This document shows positions 9,142 to 18,068 of a stretch of 64,000 nt of DNA, one piece after another (position 1 is the stretch's first letter; each line of letters begins with the position of its first letter). Below the pieces are notes generated by a model that saw nothing but the letters and a program-made list of their open reading frames with translations, did no database searches and was not told where the DNA came from. Source of the stretch: an uncultured Negativicutes bacterium (GTDB lineage: Bacteria; Bacillota; Negativicutes; JBAXTZ01); the NCBI GenBank assembly GCA_963721525.1, contig CAVRJL010000008.1, forward strand, positions 19,196-83,195. The letters run 5' to 3'. The position numbers were made by a program, and so were the translations under genes.

Positions 9142-9355
9142 CCAAGTCTTTCAAATCATGCTCGAAAATATTGGCTTCAAGAAATGGATCAATTTTTTCC
9201 AAAATTATTCCTTCTGGTATTTTAGAAAGACATTCAATGTTATTCTTAACACTTTCCTTTAATTCTTCCGGCATTGGAATATTTCCAATAAAATACTTCA
9301 ATGCTACCTCAAGCATTTCTAACGGTTCTTCCGAAAAATCACTTTTTGTTCTCAT
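9062..9355 (-). CDS. hypothetical protein
   Basis: 97-aa ORF. Confidence 0.5.
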   Translation of the reverse strand: MRTKSDFSEEPLEMLEVALKYFIGNIPMPEELKESVKNNIECLSKIPEGIILEKIDPFLEANIFEHDLKDLVDCGIYSFIYSNALSLVPGSRAVANT

Positions 9356-9403
9356 AAAAACTCCAAATATATTGTAATACGACTTCGTGCGAAATCGTTT
9401 ATT

Positions 9404-9625
9404 TTAAAAATCAAATTCTAATTGTTCTTGCCTAAGTAATTTATAATATTTTTCATATTCTTTATATTCAGCTAATAATTGTTTGTCGGTGTTTTTAATT
9501 TTCACAAACATACTATTGCTATCAGCATTATCTATTGTAATAACATCACCTTCTTTAAGAGTATATCCATCAAACCAAGTTATTTGTTGTATAATTTTTA
9601 ATTTATCTCCTGTTTTAAGCTTCAA
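9404..9625 (-). CDS. small protein ending in QLEFDF
   Basis: C-terminus RQEQLEFDF. Confidence 0.65.
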   Translation of the reverse strand: MKLKTGDKLKIIQQITWFDGYTLKEGDVITIDNADSNSMFVKIKNTDKQLLAEYKEYEKYYKLLRQEQLEFDF

Positions 9626-9834
9626 AATTCAAACTCCAATTGCTGATTCGCCTTTCTAAAATAGCTTTTTGGAAGTTGTAAACTTTTTCCAGTTCTATAT
9701 ATATAGACATCTATCCAAACATCTATATCTGAATTATCTGATAATAATTTTGCTTTTTCATTTTCGTGTATAATATCCATGACTGTTCTGGTTATTATAA
9801 CTTCTTCATTTTTTTTATACATCATTAAAATCAA
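9622..9834 (-). CDS. small protein ending in QLEFEF
   Basis: C-terminus ANQQLEFEF; 4-bp overlap with next gene. Confidence 0.65.
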   Translation of the reverse strand: MILMMYKKNEEVIITRTVMDIIHENEKAKLLSDNSDIDVWIDVYIYRTGKSLQLPKSYFRKANQQLEFEF

Positions 9835-10078
9835 ACTCCAATTGACCTAGTGTTGCCATTACAAACCAATCTTCCGGCCAGCCGTAAATTTTTTCTTCAT
9901 CTTCTAAAAGCCTATAAGTCGTATAATATAAAAATGATTTATCGTTTGTACTTCTTATATGAAGTATTTTATTTTCATATTCTTTTACAATATTTTTTGA
10001 AAAAGAAGGACATAGTTTTTCTATTTCTTCTATTGATAGAAGCTTTACTTTATCGCCTTGTTTATACTTCAAAATCAA
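9815..10078 (-). CDS. small protein with C-terminal QLEFDF
   Basis: C-terminus LGQLEFDFNDV. Confidence 0.65.
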   Translation of the reverse strand: MILKYKQGDKVKLLSIEEIEKLCPSFSKNIVKEYENKILHIRSTNDKSFLYYTTYRLLEDEEKIYGWPEDWFVMATLGQLEFDFNDV

Positions 10079-10304
10079 ACTCCAATTGTTTATTTACTGC
10101 TTCCCATTCACCTTCTATAAAAATAAATTCTCTACCTTGCTTTTTAGATTTTATTTTTATATCTTCTTTCTCCCATCCTTTTGGACCTATTTCATATTCA
10201 ACATAATTATCAGAAAATTCTTCTATGGCAAGTCTATACTCTAGCAAAGCACTTATATTTTCTAATTTTTCTTTATTGAGTTTTATTATTCCCTTAACAA
10301 GCAT
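10062..10304 (-). CDS. small protein with C-terminal QLEFDF
   Basis: C-terminus NKQLEFDFEV. Confidence 0.65.
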   Translation of the reverse strand: MLVKGIIKLNKEKLENISALLEYRLAIEEFSDNYVEYEIGPKGWEKEDIKIKSKKQGREFIFIEGEWEAVNKQLEFDFEV

Positions 10305-10328
10305 TGAATATTTTTCTCCCTGTGAATA

Positions 10329-10357
10329 ATTATATAATTTTTATAAGTTTTTGTCAA
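10329..10357 (-). promoter_or_regulatory. sigma70-type promoter for the QLEFDF cluster
   Basis: TTGACA-17-TATAAT, perfect consensus. Confidence 0.85.
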
Positions 10358-10371
10358 GATATTTTTTTTTG

Positions 10372-10677
10372 TTATTTCAGTATTCTTTCTATTTTTTCAG
10401 CAAGAAGTTTTTCAGTTATAACGCCTTGAATAGAAGTCAATACGGAGTTATCTTGTAGAAAGATTATTGTTGGAGAAGAGCGTATATTGTATTCCTCACC
10501 CAAACCATTAATATCATCAACTGAAATAATTGTAAAACAAATGTCTTCAAATTCTTCTGATAATCTATGAATTATAGGTTCCATGGCTTGACTTTGTATT
10601 GAATAGTCCTTAATGAAAAGGATATTCAACCCCGTTTCTATATCTAAATCCATACCCATGTCATATTCTATAAGCAA
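10372..10677 (-). CDS. thioredoxin-fold protein without CxxC active site
   Basis: IRSSPTIIFLQDN..SIQGVITEKLLAEKI resembles thioredoxin C-terminal half; active-site position reads SQAM. Confidence 0.5.
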   Translation of the reverse strand: MLIEYDMGMDLDIETGLNILFIKDYSIQSQAMEPIIHRLSEEFEDICFTIISVDDINGLGEEYNIRSSPTIIFLQDNSVLTSIQGVITEKLLAEKIERILK

Positions 10678-10699
10678 TTTCTTTACCTTCTATAACTCT

Positions 10700-10728
10700 A
10701 ATATATCAAAAAAATTGAATCTTGTCAA
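10700..10728 (-). promoter_or_regulatory. sigma70-type promoter
   Basis: TTGACA-17-TATATT. Confidence 0.75.
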
Positions 10729-11375
10729 GTGTTTATTCCCGTGAGGTCTTTGAAATATGGTAGCGACGAGCACCAATCACAAAAATATCCCCAATCCTCA
10801 ACTAATTTATGCCCCTTACGTTGATTATACATAGTTTTAAGTTGAAGATAATTAGTTTTTATTGTCATCCACATTTCAAATCCCATAGGAAGATTGGAAA
10901 GTATTTCCATAAATTTTTCATAGTTTTCCTGTAGTTCTTTTTTAGACCAGATATGTCCATGAGAAGGTTTTCTATCGTTATATTCGTTTATAGTAATGGC
11001 AATTTTTTCTATTGTTTCTTTCCATACATATTTATTAAACATAGTTTGAAATTCATCACTTTTTCCCATAGCAAGAAGTTTATGCATTTTAGACTGACTA
11101 CTTATTATTTGATTGAAATGATATCGTTGAAACTCCATGCTCCAATACATACTGTACTTTACATCATAATATACGTCTACACCTGATAGAAAATTATCGT
11201 GGCCTGACCCTTGTTTAGCAGAGCCTAATCTATTTCCTCTCTCTAAAACTTCTACTTGCGGCCCTAAATCTTCATCAACTGGCTTAGTATTTATTTCTCC
11301 TATTTTCATAGGGTTTCCACTGGCTAATAAACTTCTTTCCAACCCTACCACTTCTACGTTCTTTATTTCTAACAC
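10725..11375 (-). CDS. conserved phage hypothetical protein
   Basis: SGHDNFLSGVDVYYDVKYS..FQRYHFNQIISSQSKMHKL pattern recalled from many phage hypothetical proteins. Confidence 0.6.
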   Translation of the reverse strand: MLEIKNVEVVGLERSLLASGNPMKIGEINTKPVDEDLGPQVEVLERGNRLGSAKQGSGHDNFLSGVDVYYDVKYSMYWSMEFQRYHFNQIISSQSKMHKLLAMGKSDEFQTMFNKYVWKETIEKIAITINEYNDRKPSHGHIWSKKELQENYEKFMEILSNLPMGFEMWMTIKTNYLQLKTMYNQRKGHKLVEDWGYFCDWCSSLPYFKDLTGINT

Positions 11376-11377
11376 TT

Positions 11378-11611
11378 TTACTCCTTAAAATTAAACTCTA
11401 ATTGTTTAGGGTTTAATTTTCTATATTTAATATATTCTATTAATTTTGGACTATAAATATTAAAATAATTCATTCTATGTAGATAGAATATACTTCCAGC
11501 ATCTTTCTTACTCCATTCATTATATTCTTCTAAAAACTTTTGACCAAATAATTTTCTAATATCATCAAATGGAGTATCATGAAATACTGGTAATTTTAAT
11601 GTTTCTAACAT
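11378..11611 (-). CDS. small protein with C-terminal QLEFNF
   Basis: C-terminus NPKQLEFNFKE. Confidence 0.65.
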   Translation of the reverse strand: MLETLKLPVFHDTPFDDIRKLFGQKFLEEYNEWSKKDAGSIFYLHRMNYFNIYSPKLIEYIKYRKLNPKQLEFNFKE

Positions 11612-12721
11612 TTATTCTCCTCCAGTTTTTTCTCGCACACGCATGTGCTCGTAATCTACATTAAAGTATATTTTATTTCCGCTTTCGCCATTTCTATTAG
11701 CATCAATATATAACATAATATCTCCACGAGTTTTATCACGAGCAGTTTGATTTATTGTAATAAAATAATCTACTGTATCCAGTATGCCACGACTTTCAGA
11801 AACATCTTTTGACGTAGTTAATGGTTTGCTTCCACCTCGTTCATCCATACTATTTCTATTTAGCTGTGAAGCCGTTACAATTGGTATTTTGTATAGTTTA
11901 GCAATGTTTCTCATTTCTTCTGTTACTTTTTTGAAATACATGTATTTGTCTTCAACAGATAGACGAGGGTCATTAGTTTTCATAATAAGAATATAATCTA
12001 TAATAACTAAATCTGGTTTCCATTTCTTATACATAATCAAATCATTTATATTAGCACATAAATCATTTGACGAAGTAGTATTAGCCCCATATTCTTTTAT
12101 TATTATATCACCTTCCATAGAGGATAGTTTTTCTTTTATATCTTTTTTTGCTTTTTCTGGGTCGGCTATTATTTCTCGTGTAGACATACCAATAAGATTA
12201 GCATAGTAACGGGCAAGCAATCGAGTGGTAGAAGTTTCAAAAGAATATACTAAAACTTTTTTACCTTGTTCAAAAACGTTTATTGCTATATTACCTAAAA
12301 AATTAGTATTATGAGAAACTATTCCATTTGTATAATAACATTTATTTTCAGTGACTTGTAAATCATACATATTAGAATATTTACCATTGAAATAAACTTT
12401 ACTTATATGTTCTATTCCATTTTTAGTTACTATTTTATCATTAGTTAGATTTTTTACATTTTTCCATTTTCTATTTGTATCTATTAAATCTTCATTTTCT
12501 ATAACTTCTATTTTATGAAAATCGGTAAAGCAAGCTTTTGTTCCTTCAATGGTCTCTATCTCATATTCTGGATTTGGCTGCGTTTTTATTCCAGCAACAA
12601 CTTTTTTGAATCCATCGGGAGTTTCTATTTTTAAAGATGGTGGAATAATATAATCACCATTTTCATTTACCTTGAAAGTTTTAAATAAATCACCTATTGC
12701 TATTTCTTTTGTTATTTTCAT
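11612..12721 (-). CDS. C-intein + C-terminal part of DnaB-like replicative helicase (fractured gene, part 2)
   Basis: intein block B-like TDFHKI and C-terminal VSHN followed by TNFLGNIAINVF (Walker A remainder), Walker B DLVIIDY, SRGILDTVDYFI. Confidence 0.88.
   Translation of the reverse strand: MKITKEIAIGDLFKTFKVNENGDYIIPPSLKIETPDGFKKVVAGIKTQPNPEYEIETIEGTKACFTDFHKIEVIENEDLIDTNRKWKNVKNLTNDKIVTKNGIEHISKVYFNGKYSNMYDLQVTENKCYYTNGIVSHNTNFLGNIAINVFEQGKKVLVYSFETSTTRLLARYYANLIGMSTREIIADPEKAKKDIKEKLSSMEGDIIIKEYGANTTSSNDLCANINDLIMYKKWKPDLVIIDYILIMKTNDPRLSVEDKYMYFKKVTEEMRNIAKLYKIPIVTASQLNRNSMDERGGSKPLTTSKDVSESRGILDTVDYFITINQTARDKTRGDIMLYIDANRNGESGNKIYFNVDYEHMRVREKTGGE
12308..12721 (-). other. C-intein fragment (138 aa), T+1 extein
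   Basis: MKITKEI...YYTNGIVSHN | TNFLGN; C-terminal Asn and His typical of block G. Confidence 0.85.
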
Positions 12722-13653
12722 TGTTCCTCTTCGTGCGGATTGTATCGTATGTCCAATCTATCATTATATTTTTCTTTCATTGTTCTCAAAAATAATTTAG
12801 CCGAAGTTCCAGTTTCTATATTATTTATATAAATATATTTATCACCAAACGCTTTTATCCCAGCATTTTTTTTATTGATAGTGTTTTCTCTTCCTTCGTT
12901 CCCTTTTATTTCAACTATGTATTCTTCATCTATTATATAATCTGGAAAATAATGGTGAGGTTTTTTTTCATCATCTTCATAATATAATGGCTCTAAATTA
13001 TATCTTTTTATATGTAAATTGTTTTCTATTCTATCAATTATATATTTCAGTTCCCAGGTTCCTTGCCAATATATTTCATCAAAATACCCACAGGAAAAAT
13101 GATATGAAGAATACAATCCATTTTTTTCAAAAGTTTCCATCATTTGTATTTTGCTTTCAATAGAATGATGCTCTCCAAACATTGGATGAAGTTCCCCCAT
13201 TCTTCCAAAAGTAGGTGTAAGCAAATGTGCTTCTTCCAAAGAGCATTCATTTCTTTTTGCTATTGATTGTAGAGACATAGGATTATTATCGCCAGTAGAT
13301 TTATTTGACATAGTTTCTTTTGCTTTTTTCGCTGTTTCTTCTCCAAATATTTCTTCAAAAGTTTTTCCTTTTCTTGGGCTGAGAACTTCTTTCGCCATCC
13401 ACTTTCTATAGTCATCAATCATTTCTTGCGTCCATCCTCTTTCTGCAAGAGGTTTTGAATTTATTTTAGACAGTTTTTCTTTTTTTAGTTTTGCTTTTTC
13501 TTCACCATATATTTCTTCATATGTTTTTCCGGCATTGGCTTTATTCATTTCTATAAATTTGGTTGTAAATTTTGAACTGCAACTACAAGAACAGCATATT
13601 CTTTCTTTTCTACCAATAAATTCTTTATTGCATTTGGGGCAAATATGTATCAT
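12718..13653 (-). CDS. free-standing homing endonuclease inside the fractured helicase intein
   Basis: zinc-ribbon-like N-terminus, GKT[YF]EEI[YF]GEE repeats (NUMOD3-like), YFPDYIIDEEYIVEIKGNE nuclease-like core; ATGA overlaps on both sides. Confidence 0.8.
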   Translation of the reverse strand: MIHICPKCNKEFIGRKERICCSCSCSSKFTTKFIEMNKANAGKTYEEIYGEEKAKLKKEKLSKINSKPLAERGWTQEMIDDYRKWMAKEVLSPRKGKTFEEIFGEETAKKAKETMSNKSTGDNNPMSLQSIAKRNECSLEEAHLLTPTFGRMGELHPMFGEHHSIESKIQMMETFEKNGLYSSYHFSCGYFDEIYWQGTWELKYIIDRIENNLHIKRYNLEPLYYEDDEKKPHHYFPDYIIDEEYIVEIKGNEGRENTINKKNAGIKAFGDKYIYINNIETGTSAKLFLRTMKEKYNDRLDIRYNPHEEEQ

Positions 13654-13718
13654 ATTATTTCTCCTGTGAGGTCATCTATTTCATACTCCACGGTTATCTT
13701 TACATCAGCCCGCGAGCA
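13650..13718 (-). other. short N-intein fragment (22 aa)
   Basis: Cys1 directly after Walker A GVPKVGK. Confidence 0.8.
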
Positions 13719-14357
13719 CTTACCAACTTTTGGAACTCCACACATACAAGTTATTTCATTTGGATATAATTTTATTCCTATTCTATCAAATGAAGGAAAT
13801 CCTGTTGAGATAGCATTCAAATCTGATAATTCAGTAGTCATTCTATCTACCGCAACATCAAAATCTTTTGCTGATAAACCTAAATCTTTATCAAAATTTA
13901 TAGTTATAGCTTCACGAACTTTTTCTACTATTGCCCCATAATTTCTATCATCCATATCAGTTTGCGATAGAGCAATGGCTTCAATCAATCTATTTTGCGT
14001 GATAAAATCTTGTGCTTCTTCAAGCAAATTTTGTTCGTTATAACCAGATGTATCTTCTGTATAATACTTATTTACTAATGCTTTTAGATATAATTTTACA
14101 TCATCTTCTTCATTTACTTTATCAATAAATAATTCCATTTCTTTTTTATGAGGAAAAGAATTGAACTTTCCATACCAGCTGGAAAGAACATTAAAGATAA
14201 ATTGATTTTTGATGTCATTAAAGAATGATTTCTTTTTGTAGTTTGATGTTGCTAAATAAGGTTTTATTTTTAAAAAGAAAGACACATTATGAAGCGAATA
14301 AGCGAGCATCATTTGCTCTAATAAGGAACTGGGTATCTTGATGTTATCTTCTGCCAT
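13650..14357 (-). CDS. N-terminal part of DnaB-like replicative helicase + short N-intein (fractured gene, part 1)
   Basis: ..ISTGFPSFDRIGIKLYPNEITCMCGVPKVGK | CSRADVKITVEYEIDDLTGEII; Walker A interrupted after GK. Confidence 0.88.
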   Translation of the reverse strand: MAEDNIKIPSSLLEQMMLAYSLHNVSFFLKIKPYLATSNYKKKSFFNDIKNQFIFNVLSSWYGKFNSFPHKKEMELFIDKVNEEDDVKLYLKALVNKYYTEDTSGYNEQNLLEEAQDFITQNRLIEAIALSQTDMDDRNYGAIVEKVREAITINFDKDLGLSAKDFDVAVDRMTTELSDLNAISTGFPSFDRIGIKLYPNEITCMCGVPKVGKCSRADVKITVEYEIDDLTGEII

Positions 14358-14826
14358 CTATTATCCTTTTTTCTGTTTCAAGAAAATCTTTTATATCATA
14401 CCAAAAACACCCTTTACAACCAATTTCTTCTGTATAGTTTTCATCACCAAACGTCCAACTAAATATATGATAAAGTGTTTTTGCGTCAAACCTTTTATTT
14501 GTTTCTTTACATTTTTTACAATGTTGTCTTTTATTTTCATTCGCGGGACGACATAATGGTTGGAAATCTTCCAACTTTAAATCTACATCAGGGTATCTTC
14601 CATTCTTATGATCACATTCTATACCCGCTCTTGCTCCAGTTAAAGCACAAGGCAGTTTTATTATTTCGCTATATATTTCTTTACTTGTATCGTGGTTTTG
14701 CTTATCTTTTCTAAATCCGTTTAATTTTATTTGTCTTATTTGACTTCCAAATCCTTTTATTCTTTTGGTTTCTATTTCAAAATTCACCCATAATGTCATC
14801 GCTTTTTCTCCTCCAAGCGCCGCCAT
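14344..14826 (-). pseudogene. C-terminal part of HNH-type restriction endonuclease; N-terminus in another frame (see 14777..14956)
   Basis: ALTGARAGIECDHKNGRYPD and CxxC motifs; adjacent to methyltransferase. Confidence 0.6.
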
Positions 14827-14956
14827 TTTCGGTTAAAAAACCTTTTTCACCTGTTTTTTCTCCTAATTCTTGTAGATCAATCCAATCACTATAACCATTT
14901 TTATCTATACCTACATTATTTATAAATATAGAAGCCAATCTACTTTTACTCAACAT
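14777..14956 (-). pseudogene. N-terminal part of the same restriction endonuclease, 59 aa, shifted frame, missing from ORF track
   Basis: MLSKSRLASIFINNVGIDKNGYSDWIDLQELGEKTGEKGFLTENGGAWRRKSDDIMGEF*; starts overlapping methyltransferase stop. Confidence 0.55.
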
Positions 14957-15656
14957 TTGCCCCTAACATTTTTAATCTTAATAATGATTTTTCATAATAT
15001 TCTTTATCTATTTCACAACCAATAAAGTTTCTATTTAATTCGCAACAAGCAACCGCTGTTGTAGCACTACCAGAAAAAAAATCTAAAACTAAATTGTTTT
15101 CATTTGAATGTTTTTTTACAAGTTCTTTTATTAAATTTAATGGTTTTTGTGTTGGATGAAATCTGCCTTTTTCATGGCATATTGGAAAACTATATATTCC
15201 ATTATCATAAGATGAATTAAATGTTGGATTTGATTTTTTTATACCCAAAACGGCTACTTCACGAGAATTGGTAAGATAATTTATTTTGCTGTTAATTGGG
15301 ACCGGATTAGTTTTTATCCACTCTAAAAATCTTATCTGTTTAAATCCTGAACTTACTAAATTATTTTTTAAACTTTCTATCTTCCATAAATCATAAAAAC
15401 ATATTATAGTTCCACCATCTTTTAATACTTTATACGATGTGGATAATAATTCTTCAAGTCCAGAAAAATCTTTATCCCAACTTCCAAATTCATAACTCAT
15501 TTTAAATCGTTCTATTGTTTTTTCACCACTGGAAGCTTCAAAACCTGTTTTTCTTGAAATTTCATAAGGAGGATCTATTAGAACTAAATCTATTGTTTTT
15601 TCATCTATTGTCTTTACAAATTCGAGGCAATCTTCATTTTTTAATATTATACTCAC
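14946..15656 (-). CDS. DNA methyltransferase (DPPY, N6-adenine/N4-cytosine type)
   Basis: DLVLIDPPYE and DFFSGSATTAVACCELNRNFIGCEID. Confidence 0.9.
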   Translation of the reverse strand: MSIILKNEDCLEFVKTIDEKTIDLVLIDPPYEISRKTGFEASSGEKTIERFKMSYEFGSWDKDFSGLEELLSTSYKVLKDGGTIICFYDLWKIESLKNNLVSSGFKQIRFLEWIKTNPVPINSKINYLTNSREVAVLGIKKSNPTFNSSYDNGIYSFPICHEKGRFHPTQKPLNLIKELVKKHSNENNLVLDFFSGSATTAVACCELNRNFIGCEIDKEYYEKSLLRLKMLGANVE

Positions 15657-15677
15657 TATTTTATTATCCTTGTAATA

Positions 15678-15706
15678 AGGATAACAATAGTTTATTTTCT
15701 TGTCAA
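15678..15706 (-). promoter_or_regulatory. sigma70-type promoter
   Basis: TTGACA-17-TATCCT. Confidence 0.7.
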
Positions 15707-15710
15707 GACA

Positions 15711-16292
15711 TTATGCGCCACGAATTCTCTTATGCCAAAATGGGGAGCGCATGTTGAACAAGCCACAGTTATATAATTCATTTACAAATAGTTTTCTTCC
15801 CTTTGAATTTAAAGCAGACCATCCGATTTCTCCGTTCATCAAATAAGCTAATACTTCATATTCATCTTTACTTGGTAACTGCTGTGGCCTTCCAGTTAGG
15901 AACTCTGAAATGCTACCAACGAGATTTTTTCTTACTATATCGTATAAATCTTCACCAAGACGATGCAATTCGGGGAAGGTTTTTACTACTACAAAATTTC
16001 TCCTGTTTTGTAGAACATGCGTAAACTCATGGAGCAGATACTTTATTTGTTCGGTTTTATTTTTTTTAAAAAAAACATTTTTGTTTACATAAATAGTAGA
16101 GCCATTATTCCAAGCAACTATATTTTGTTTTTGATTATCAATTTCTTTTACATCTATTCTATTTTTTATAAAAGAATTTATTTTAGTCATAAATGAAGGG
16201 GAATACACTGTTGTTAACGCATGATTAAACAAGGATTCAATGTTTTCGTTTGTTCCTAATTCTACTTCGATTAGATAATCTTTTACTATCAT
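15711..16292 (-). CDS. HExxH-containing hypothetical protein
   Basis: IKYLLHEFTHVLQNRRNF. Confidence 0.55.
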   Translation of the reverse strand: MIVKDYLIEVELGTNENIESLFNHALTTVYSPSFMTKINSFIKNRIDVKEIDNQKQNIVAWNNGSTIYVNKNVFFKKNKTEQIKYLLHEFTHVLQNRRNFVVVKTFPELHRLGEDLYDIVRKNLVGSISEFLTGRPQQLPSKDEYEVLAYLMNGEIGWSALNSKGRKLFVNELYNCGLFNMRSPFWHKRIRGA

Positions 16293-16551
16293 TCTTCGTT
16301 TTCCTTGTTTCTATTACCTTTGCTTTGTCAATGTCATCTGCTTTGTTAAATGTATACTGTCTAACTTTTATATAGTAATCTATTTCTAATTTTAAGTTTT
16401 TTAGAACATCTTCTATTAGTCCAAGGTCTCCATCTTTTATTGTAATGCCAGAGTATCTATTATAAGCATACACATCCCATTCATTCTGAAACAACCGTAT
16501 TTCTACAAATGGATAATCAATTTTTATAAGTTCTGCTATTTCTGCTACCAT
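16237..16551 (-). CDS. hypothetical protein
   Basis: 104-aa ORF. Confidence 0.5.
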   Translation of the reverse strand: MVAEIAELIKIDYPFVEIRLFQNEWDVYAYNRYSGITIKDGDLGLIEDVLKNLKLEIDYYIKVRQYTFNKADDIDKAKVIETRKTKNDSKRLSNRSRIRNKRKH

Positions 16552-16582
16552 TTTACTCTATATACGTAGTAAAGATAAATTT

Positions 16583-17599
16583 ATGGCAAAACTTATATTA
16601 AGTAGAATAAATAAAAATAAAAAAATAAAATTTGACCAGCAACAGTTATCAAAAGCCATCACTTTATTGACGCAGATTATAGCAAAAGAAAAAGATCCAA
16701 CAATAAGAAATAATTTTAAAAACATTAAAGCAGTTTTTATTGGCACTTATCCTAATTTATTTGCTTTAAAACAATCTGCTTTGGGTTTAAAAAAAATATT
16801 AAAAAATACAGTTTCTGCTATAAATGAAGAAGAAGACGATAACAAAAAGAAAGCCAAGAAAAAAGCTGTAAAAAAAATACTTTCCAAGGTTTTAATTATA
16901 CTTACTGCTTCTATAAGCTTGGCTTCTTGCGGTTATAACACTTCTTTTTCTGCAGAAAAAACTTATGATTTATATGGAGCAGCGTTAACCATACGGTCTG
17001 ATGATATCGTCTATGCTATTCGAATTGAACCGCAAACTATAAAATCATTAGAAACGGCATTGCAAACTTATCAAGATAAAGGAGATGTTTCTGGTCTTAA
17101 CTTTATGCAAATAAGCATAACAGATTCTATTTCAAATGTTGGTAATTTAGAAGCTATTGCTATAACTCATCCTAGCGGCAATATTGAAATGAGAAAGGAT
17201 GTTCAAAAAAACGATCAGTTTGGAGTTTTAACTCATGAGCTTACTCACAGAATTCAATTTGAAAAAAATATTACAAGAACAGCAGGAGAAGAAAATCAAT
17301 CAGCAGTATATAATTTTAATCCGATGGAAATAAATGCTACTTTTAGTTCATTTCTTCAACAATTAAAAAACAATAAAAATTATGTAGATGGAAGTTCTGA
17401 TTTGGCTATTGCCACATTACTTGTTTATAGACCAACTTATTCTTTTAATAATTATAGTAGTACAGACATAAAAGCTGTTCATTCTTGGGTAAAGCAAAAC
17501 AATCCAAGTTTGTATAAACATTATACTATATTAGCTAGCTCATCACCTGAAACTATTAGGTCTTACTTTTTATATGGAACTACGCCGAAGGGCTGGTAA
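16583..17599 (+). CDS. putative secreted/membrane metallopeptidase-like protein (HExxH)
   Basis: GVLTHELTHRIQFEKN; one hydrophobic segment ILTASISLASCG. Confidence 0.6.
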   Translation: MAKLILSRINKNKKIKFDQQQLSKAITLLTQIIAKEKDPTIRNNFKNIKAVFIGTYPNLFALKQSALGLKKILKNTVSAINEEEDDNKKKAKKKAVKKILSKVLIILTASISLASCGYNTSFSAEKTYDLYGAALTIRSDDIVYAIRIEPQTIKSLETALQTYQDKGDVSGLNFMQISITDSISNVGNLEAIAITHPSGNIEMRKDVQKNDQFGVLTHELTHRIQFEKNITRTAGEENQSAVYNFNPMEINATFSSFLQQLKNNKNYVDGSSDLAIATLLVYRPTYSFNNYSSTDIKAVHSWVKQNNPSLYKHYTILASSSPETIRSYFLYGTTPKGW

Positions 17600-18068
17600 A
17601 AAAAACATCTGGTAGTTTCAAAAAATCTTCAAGCCAATAGCAAAACCAGCCCTTATATTCAAAATAATAGTCATTTACTTTATCGTGTGAAAAAACTATT
17701 CGTTTATGATTGTTATATTTTACTATTAGTAATGGTTCTTTTTTGGCAAAATCAGCATCTGACTGAACTTGAATTATCCATTGATTTATACTTGAACTTT
17801 CATTGAAAAAATCCCATATAGTTGCTTTATCTGCATAAGCTTTACATTCTATAACAAATCTAAACCACACAGGACAAATAAGATCAGAAGTAAAAGCTAA
17901 TCTTTGTTCTTCCGATAAAACCGATGCTCTATACCTATTATTTCCTCCAACCCAAGCTCCAGAGCTTACAGCACGACCAAAAAGTCCATCGCCAAAACGA
18001 GAGTTTAAAAGTTTAGCACAATCACGTTCATTTGTATTTCCTTTAGATTTTGAATTTAGCTTCGCCAT
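17580..18068 (-). CDS. putative PD-(D/E)XK / resolvase-like nuclease
   Basis: SKGNTNERDCAKLLNSRFG..GRAVSSGAW..SDLICPVWFRFVIECKAY. Confidence 0.65.
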   Translation of the reverse strand: MAKLNSKSKGNTNERDCAKLLNSRFGDGLFGRAVSSGAWVGGNNRYRASVLSEEQRLAFTSDLICPVWFRFVIECKAYADKATIWDFFNESSSINQWIIQVQSDADFAKKEPLLIVKYNNHKRIVFSHDKVNDYYFEYKGWFCYWLEDFLKLPDVFFTSPSA

